The notes under the pieces are model-generated. The model ran no database searches and was not told the DNA's origin. It saw nothing but the letters and a program-made list of their open reading frames with translations. From Moraxella nasicaprae (GTDB lineage: Bacteria > Pseudomonadota > Gammaproteobacteria > Pseudomonadales > Moraxellaceae), in assembly GCF_025643275.1 (NCBI RefSeq), contig NZ_CP089977.1, forward strand, positions 120,001 through 152,000: a stretch of 32,000 bases of DNA, given 5' to 3'. A program made the translations under genes and the position numbers. Position 1 is the first letter of the stretch. Every line of letters starts with the position of its first letter. Below are positions 26,990-32,000 of the stretch, piece by piece.

Positions 26990-28417
26990 ATGGTAATAAT
27001 CATGAGTAGCACCGAAACGCACAACACCCCTTCTGACAATACAGCAAGCATCAATACCCTGCCACACAATATTGACATGGAACGCTCCTTGCTGGCATCA
27101 TTGATGGGCATTGATGATTCTTTTGAGAAAATTGACACCATCATCACTGCTGATGATTTTTATGGCGAAAGACACAAAAGAATTTTTGAAGCCATCAGCC
27201 ATCTATCACGAGTCAATGAACCTTATGATGCCTTGATGGTTTATGAATATCTAAGCCGACAAAATCAGCTTGGCTTGGTCGGTGGCGAAGAGTATCTCAC
27301 CCAAATCAATCAAAGTCCAGCGACTTTTTTTAATTTGGTCTCCTATGCCGAAAAAGTGCGAGAATTATCCGTCTATCGACAGATGATTAAAGCTGCCAAC
27401 AACATGCTAAACCTCGCCTACCACCCAAAAAAACAAGGCATTACCGATATTTTGGATGTGGTTGAGGCAGATATTTTTCGTATTGGCGAAAGTTATGCCA
27501 ATGGCAGCAGTAAATCAGGGCCAAAGAAAATCGATGATGTGCTAGGCAGTGTCGTCAATCAACTGCAAGAACTAAAACTAAGAGATGGCAATATCACAGG
27601 CTTGGATACAGGTTTTCTTGAACTAAACAACAAAACACTTGGTCTGCAAAACAGCGACATGATTATCGTGGCAGCCCGTCCATCGATGGGTAAGACCACT
27701 TTTGCCATGAACATCGCCCAAGCTGCTCTGATACAAAATGTACCTGTGGTTGTCTTTTCTATGGAAATGCCTGCCGAATCCATCGCCATGCGTCTGATGT
27801 CTTCATGGGGCGGTATCCATCAAGGTCGTCTGCGTTCTGGTACGATGTATGAAGATGAATGGGCATCTTTGATGAGTAGCATTACCTTTTTACAAGACAA
27901 ACATCTATACATTGATGACCGAAACAATCTATCGCCATCAGAAATGCGTTCAACTTGTCGCAGACTTGCTAAAAATCACCCCGATGGTCTAGGGCTCATC
28001 ATCATTGACTACCTACAATTGATGAAAGTGCCAGGCATGGAGAACAATCGTGTCGGTGAGATTGGCGAGATTTCTCGCAGTATCAAGGCACTGGCTCGTG
28101 AGATGAACTGCCCTGTCATCGCCCTATCACAGCTCAACCGTAGCCTAGAAAATCGCCCCAACAAACGCCCTGTCATGTCTGATTTGCGTGAATCTGGACA
28201 AATCGAGCAAGACGCTGACTTGATTTTGTTCATCTATCGTGATGAGGTTTATTATCCCGACAAAGAAAACAACAAGGGGCTGGCTGAAATCATCATTGGC
28301 AAACAGCGAAATGGTGGTTTGGGCAAAGTGCCACTAAGATTTATTGGCGAATACACTCGCTTTGAAGATTTTATTGATGCTCACGACATTCCAAGTGATT
28401 ATCAAGATGAAGAATAA
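26990..28417 (+). CDS. dnaB: Replicative DNA helicase DnaB
   Basis: PHNIDMERSLLASLM, Walker A AARPSMGKTTFAMNIA, LIIIDYLQLM and LSQLNRSLENRPNKRPVMSDLRESGQIEQDADLI. The ATG at 27002 is an equally plausible start. Confidence 0.95.
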   Translation: MVIIMSSTETHNTPSDNTASINTLPHNIDMERSLLASLMGIDDSFEKIDTIITADDFYGERHKRIFEAISHLSRVNEPYDALMVYEYLSRQNQLGLVGGEEYLTQINQSPATFFNLVSYAEKVRELSVYRQMIKAANNMLNLAYHPKKQGITDILDVVEADIFRIGESYANGSSKSGPKKIDDVLGSVVNQLQELKLRDGNITGLDTGFLELNNKTLGLQNSDMIIVAARPSMGKTTFAMNIAQAALIQNVPVVVFSMEMPAESIAMRLMSSWGGIHQGRLRSGTMYEDEWASLMSSITFLQDKHLYIDDRNNLSPSEMRSTCRRLAKNHPDGLGLIIIDYLQLMKVPGMENNRVGEIGEISRSIKALAREMNCPVIALSQLNRSLENRPNKRPVMSDLRESGQIEQDADLILFIYRDEVYYPDKENNKGLAEIIIGKQRNGGLGKVPLRFIGEYTRFEDFIDAHDIPSDYQDEE

Positions 28418-28430
28418 CCCAAGAGCCATT

Positions 28431-29543
28431 ATGAGAAACACCACCATCACCATCGACAGTCAAGCACTAACACACAACCTTGCCCTGATTAAAAGCAAAC
28501 TGGCAAGCACCACCAAAGTTATGGCAATGGTCAAGGCAGATGCTTATGGACATGGCATTGCACACGCTTTACCCCCTCTACAAGACGCTGATGCCTTTGG
28601 TGTGGCGTGCATGAGTGAAGCCCTACAAGTCAAGGCGTGCTTACAACAATTATCCATCGACAGACCTGTGGTTTTGATTGAGGGTGTATTTAGCCATGAT
28701 GAATGGCAACTGGCGATACAGCAAGGGTTTGGCTGCGTGATTCATCAACAGCAGCAACTGGATTGGGCATTAGCAAACCAGCCAGCATCAGGCAGTTTTA
28801 CACAAACAATCTGGCTAAAACACAATACAGGCATGAACCGTTTAGGATTTGATGATGAACAAATCATCACTGCCGCCCAAGCCCTGAATGAAGCAGGCTA
28901 TCGACTGATTTTGACCAGTCACTTTGCCTGTGCTGATGATGTATCCCATCCACTAAACAAACAGCAAATCGACCGCTTTGGTCAAGCATTAAAACACATT
29001 CGCCAATTCGCCCCACAGACTTTGGCATCGCTGTGCAATTCGGCAGGGATTTTTAATTTTGCCAATGAGCATCACGACTGGGTGCGAGCAGGCATTGCCC
29101 TGTATGGTGGCACACCGCTTGCCAATCAAAGTGCCAGCCATCTTGGGTTGCGACCAGCCATGACCCTAACCGCCCAGCTCATCGCCACGCACGACATCAA
29201 GGCGGAAGAAGCGGTTGGCTATGGCAGTATCTGGCAAGCCAACCAAGACCAGCGTATTGGCGTGGTCAGTATCGGCTATGGCGACGGCTACCCCAGAGTG
29301 GTCAAAAACGCCCAAGTCAAACTTCAAGACAACCACCAACATTGGCATCTTCGCCCCATTATTGGACGAGTGGCGATGGACATGCTGATGGTGGATATTG
29401 ACGGTCTGGATATTGATGTGGGCAATGCTGTTATCCTATGGGGCGATGCACCGCACATTGATGACATTGCCAGTCAGGCAGGGACGATTGGCTATGAGTT
29501 GATGTGTCGTTTGACCCAGCGACCCATTCGTGTTGTACGATGA
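28431..29543 (+). CDS. alr: Alanine racemase
   Basis: PLP-lysine motif VMAMVKADAYGHG, then NTGMNRLGF and VGYG..W......IGVVSIGYGDGYPR. Start chosen at MRNTTITIDSQALTHNL, which aligns with the E. coli MQAATVVINRRALRHNL. The ORF-track start at 28344 lies inside dnaB. The ATG at 28407 is an alternative. Confidence 0.9.
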   Translation: MRNTTITIDSQALTHNLALIKSKLASTTKVMAMVKADAYGHGIAHALPPLQDADAFGVACMSEALQVKACLQQLSIDRPVVLIEGVFSHDEWQLAIQQGFGCVIHQQQQLDWALANQPASGSFTQTIWLKHNTGMNRLGFDDEQIITAAQALNEAGYRLILTSHFACADDVSHPLNKQQIDRFGQALKHIRQFAPQTLASLCNSAGIFNFANEHHDWVRAGIALYGGTPLANQSASHLGLRPAMTLTAQLIATHDIKAEEAVGYGSIWQANQDQRIGVVSIGYGDGYPRVVKNAQVKLQDNHQHWHLRPIIGRVAMDMLMVDIDGLDIDVGNAVILWGDAPHIDDIASQAGTIGYELMCRLTQRPIRVVR

Positions 29544-29914
29544 ATTCTGACACCCATCATCACATGAAGTATCAACGCCCAAACGACAAAGTCATTTGCC
29601 ACATAGTTGCCATGGTCATCATGGTTTTAAGCTCTTTGGCAGATTAAGCAATAAGTTTGGCAGGCAATAAACAGACATCGCTTCTATTTTGTTGCCTGTC
29701 ATATCATCTGATAACACTAGTCTATGCTGGTGTTTTTTGGCAAAAATTTTCACAATTTTATGTCATAAAATTACACATATTCACACACAAACTAAAATTG
29801 ACTGACAAAGCCTTTTTATAATAAGATTAGATTGATTAAACACCCATGTTGCTCATCATTGATTGATGATGATTAGAGTCATTGATGATGTCACACAATA
29901 ATTGGAAAATTACG

Positions 29915-30625
29915 ATGAAATCGACACTTGTTTTTACCACTCTAACAGCAGTTTTGGCAAGCCTAAGCAGTGTGGCAATAGCACAAACCGCCTACAATCA
30001 AATCAGCTTTACCAGCGAAGCACGCACCAAGATTGCCAACGACCAACTACAAGCCACACTCAGCAAGACCGCCCAAGCTGCCACGCCAGCCGCCATTGCC
30101 AATGAACTAAACAAAAGCATCAATCAAGCCTTAACGCTTGCCAAACGCTATCCTGAGGTTGTTGTCAGCACTTCTCGTCAGCACACCCAGCCTCGCTATG
30201 CCAATAACCAAGATGATAGCGACCAAAAAATCATCGGTTTTACAGGTTCGGTGTCATTGGAGTTGTCCAGCAAAAACTTTGAAAAAGCCAGCCAATTAAT
30301 CGCTGATTTGCAGGACATCATGATTATCGACCAGCTTAATTTTGGCGTTTCGGAGCAAACTTATGCCAATGCCGAAAAACAGCTTCAAACCCAAGCCATC
30401 AAAAATTTCCAAGACGAAGCTCAAAACATCAGTCAATCTTTTGGTGCATCTGGCTACAAAATCGTCAATGTTCAGCTTAATCATCATCAATACGCCCCCG
30501 CCTACCCAATGGCGATGATGGCAAGTGCTAAAATGGCAGACAGCCGTGCTGTCGTGCAAGAGTTTTCAGCAGGCGATAGCACCATTAACTACACCATCAA
30601 TGGAACCATCGAACTGATTAAATAA
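29915..30625 (+). CDS. Periplasmic SIMPL/DUF541-like protein (YggE/BP26-like), ~236 aa
   Basis: Signal peptide MKSTLVFTTLTAVLASLSSVAIA. Size, Ala/Gln-rich composition and layout resemble the SIMPL family. The assignment comes from overall resemblance only, with no sharp motif. Confidence 0.55.
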   Translation: MKSTLVFTTLTAVLASLSSVAIAQTAYNQISFTSEARTKIANDQLQATLSKTAQAATPAAIANELNKSINQALTLAKRYPEVVVSTSRQHTQPRYANNQDDSDQKIIGFTGSVSLELSSKNFEKASQLIADLQDIMIIDQLNFGVSEQTYANAEKQLQTQAIKNFQDEAQNISQSFGASGYKIVNVQLNHHQYAPAYPMAMMASAKMADSRAVVQEFSAGDSTINYTINGTIELIK

Positions 30626-30646
30626 CCCAACCACAAGGAATGCACC

Positions 30647-31699
30647 ATGAAAAAACCATCTTCACTACTGACCATCTGTTTGGCTCTAACCACGCTGAGT
30701 AGTCCTGCCTTTGCTGGCGAACAAGAAGGTATTGTTGTGCCTGTATCAACCAATCATGGTCAAAACGCCATCAGTAGCGTTGAAAAAAATGGCAAACGCT
30801 ACTTAACCTACCATCTTGCTGATTATGCCAAGCTGGTCAATGAATCGGTTTGGTCGGCTGACATGACAGCCAATCCTGCCATGACCGTCAAGTTGCAAAC
30901 TTTGCTTGATTGGAATCATGCCTCGCCTGGTGCGATTGATGGTGGTTGGGGTGCAACCAGCAAAAAAGCCCTGCAAAATTTTCAGCAGTTACAAGATCTA
31001 GAACCGACTGGCAAAATGAATGAGGCCACTTGGCAAGCATTGCACAAAAACATCGCCAGCGACCAGCCCATCTTGGTTTCCTACACCATCACCGATGCTG
31101 ACATGAAGGGTAATTATGCCAAACTGCCCAGCGAGCTAAGCGAACAAGCCAAGCAGGCAGGATTGTATTATGAAAATGTCGAAGAAATGCTTGGCGAACG
31201 CTTTCATATGTCGGTTCGTTATCTTAAAAAAATCAATCCTGACAAAAAATTTGTCGCAGGAGAAACCATCACCGTCATCAATACTGGTAAACCTTTGGAC
31301 AAAAAAATCACTCATTTGATTGCCCATCGCCAAGATGGCGTGTTGTACGCCTATCATGAAGACAAACTGATTGCCACTTATCCAAGCATGATTGGCAAAG
31401 ACGATAGCAAAACTGGCAATAATCGCTTTAAAATCACAGATAAAGTCAAAATGCCAAGCTATAAAGCCACAATCAACAAAGACGGCAAAACCAGTACCGT
31501 CATCTTGCCATCTGGTCCCAATAACCCTGTTGGCGTGGCATGGCTTGGTATTAACAAGCCCAACTGCGGTATTCATGGCTCGCCAATGCCTGACATCATT
31601 GACAAACCTGCTGAACTTGGTTGTATCAAGCTGACCAACTGGGATATTTTGGAAGTGTACGCCAATATTGAACAAGGAGCAATCGTCGAGATTCGCTAA
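30647..31699 (+). CDS. L,D-transpeptidase (YkuD domain) with peptidoglycan-binding domain, 350 aa
   Basis: Signal peptide MKKPSSLLTICLALTTLSSPAFA. PG_binding_1-like segment VKLQTLLDWNHASPGAIDGGWGATSKKALQNFQQ. YkuD catalytic motif GIHGSPMPDIIDKPAELGCIKLTNWD (His...Cys). An AAGGAA Shine-Dalgarno is present, 21 nt after the upstream gene. Confidence 0.8.
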   Translation: MKKPSSLLTICLALTTLSSPAFAGEQEGIVVPVSTNHGQNAISSVEKNGKRYLTYHLADYAKLVNESVWSADMTANPAMTVKLQTLLDWNHASPGAIDGGWGATSKKALQNFQQLQDLEPTGKMNEATWQALHKNIASDQPILVSYTITDADMKGNYAKLPSELSEQAKQAGLYYENVEEMLGERFHMSVRYLKKINPDKKFVAGETITVINTGKPLDKKITHLIAHRQDGVLYAYHEDKLIATYPSMIGKDDSKTGNNRFKITDKVKMPSYKATINKDGKTSTVILPSGPNNPVGVAWLGINKPNCGIHGSPMPDIIDKPAELGCIKLTNWDILEVYANIEQGAIVEIR

Positions 31700-32000
31700 T
31701 CTACCCTGCATGAGCGGCTTAGAAAAAATGCCTTTGGCAGATAAGCCGCCAAATTTCTAACATGACAAAATGGTTTGGAATAGTGGGCGATGGGCATTTG
31801 GCTGGTGCTTTTGTTCTTATACCGCATGGGCGACTTAGAAAACTTGGTTAAGCCCTCGTTGCCAATACGGTAAGCTCCACCATCTAAAATAGAGTGTTCG
31901 CCAATAACGGCAACGCCATTGGCTTTTGGGTATTTTGCACTTTTTTTCTTGTTTAAAGGTAAGCCATTTTTCAAATTTTGACAGGTCAAGACCTGCTGGC
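31696..32000 (-). CDS. Unassigned ORF open to the right window edge (C-terminal ~100 codons visible); possibly not a real gene or frameshifted
   Basis: The minus-strand frame has no stop between 31696 and 32000. The track 'start' at 31989 is a TTG, and the frame continues upstream (..QQV). No family motif is recognised. Its 3' end overlaps ldt by 4 nt and reads through an 8-bp inverted repeat. Confidence 0.25.
   Translation of the reverse strand, partial: QQVLTCQNLKNGLPLNKKKSAKYPKANGVAVIGEHSILDGGAYRIGNEGLTKFSKSPMRYKNKSTSQMPIAHYSKPFCHVRNLAAYLPKAFFLSRSCRVD

Noticed and set aside
29661-29699. An imperfect 9-bp inverted repeat (ggcaggcaa / ttgcctgtc, one G-U pair, 21-nt loop) after alr, considered as a terminator or sRNA element.
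   Set aside because: The loop is large, no U-tract follows on either strand, and there is no adjacent promoter-like element. This is insufficient to call a feature.
31136-31711. A 191-aa minus-strand ORF, the longest unexplained ORF in the track.
   Set aside because: It lies entirely antisense to the well-supported L,D-transpeptidase gene, which has a signal peptide, a PG-binding segment and the HGS...GCIKLTN motif. Its product has no motif and the Phe/Ile/Asp-rich composition typical of shadow frames.
1-32000. A window-wide look for CRISPR repeats, IS or transposase ends, integrase, tRNA or rRNA genes, toxin-antitoxin pairs, inteins in dnaB or dnaE, and known defence-gene hallmarks.
   Set aside because: Nothing of this kind was seen. 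Coding density is high, the largest gaps (277, 230, 392, 265 and 371 bp) look like promoter or leader regions, and DnaB (475 aa) and DnaE (1235 aa) are collinear with intein-free homologs. This was a visual scan only, so a tRNA, covariance-model or repeat search could still find small elements.

Overview
This 32 kb window reads as ordinary core chromosome of a moderately AT-rich gammaproteobacterium. Protein style and gene content suggest Moraxellaceae (Moraxella- or Psychrobacter-like), but I could not run a search to confirm this. It is almost fully coding, with about 20 recognisable housekeeping or envelope genes. In order: recD (5' part, runs off the left edge, absent from the ORF track), recB and recC on the minus strand; dnaE-trmJ, cysE-tag, ppk2 and xseA on the plus strand; an exported S9A prolyl oligopeptidase, two tandem diverged porins, and apaH-rsmA-pdxA on the minus strand; dnaB-alr and a SIMPL/DUF541-like periplasmic protein plus a YkuD L,D-transpeptidase on the plus strand; and a poorly supported minus-strand ORF that is open to the right edge. 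Several ORF-track starts are over-extended and are corrected in the features (pdxA, oligopeptidase, xseA, alr, SIMPL protein, second porin, tag). Three good intrinsic terminator hairpins and two extended -10 promoter candidates are visible. I saw no tRNA or rRNA, CRISPR array, IS or transposase, integrase, toxin-antitoxin pair or recognisable defence gene, and no intergenic gap exceeds about 390 bp. I therefore do not find convincing evidence for a new multi-gene system here. The items most worth a second look are modest: (1) a terminator-bounded porin-porin-exported prolyl oligopeptidase unit with a long AT-rich leader, (2) unusually long RecC and RecB, (3) the ambiguous right-edge ORF with a homopolymer tract, and (4) a small hydrophobic ORF in the 371-bp gap after alr. 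All family assignments rest on motifs read from the translations and on remembered family knowledge, not on database searches.
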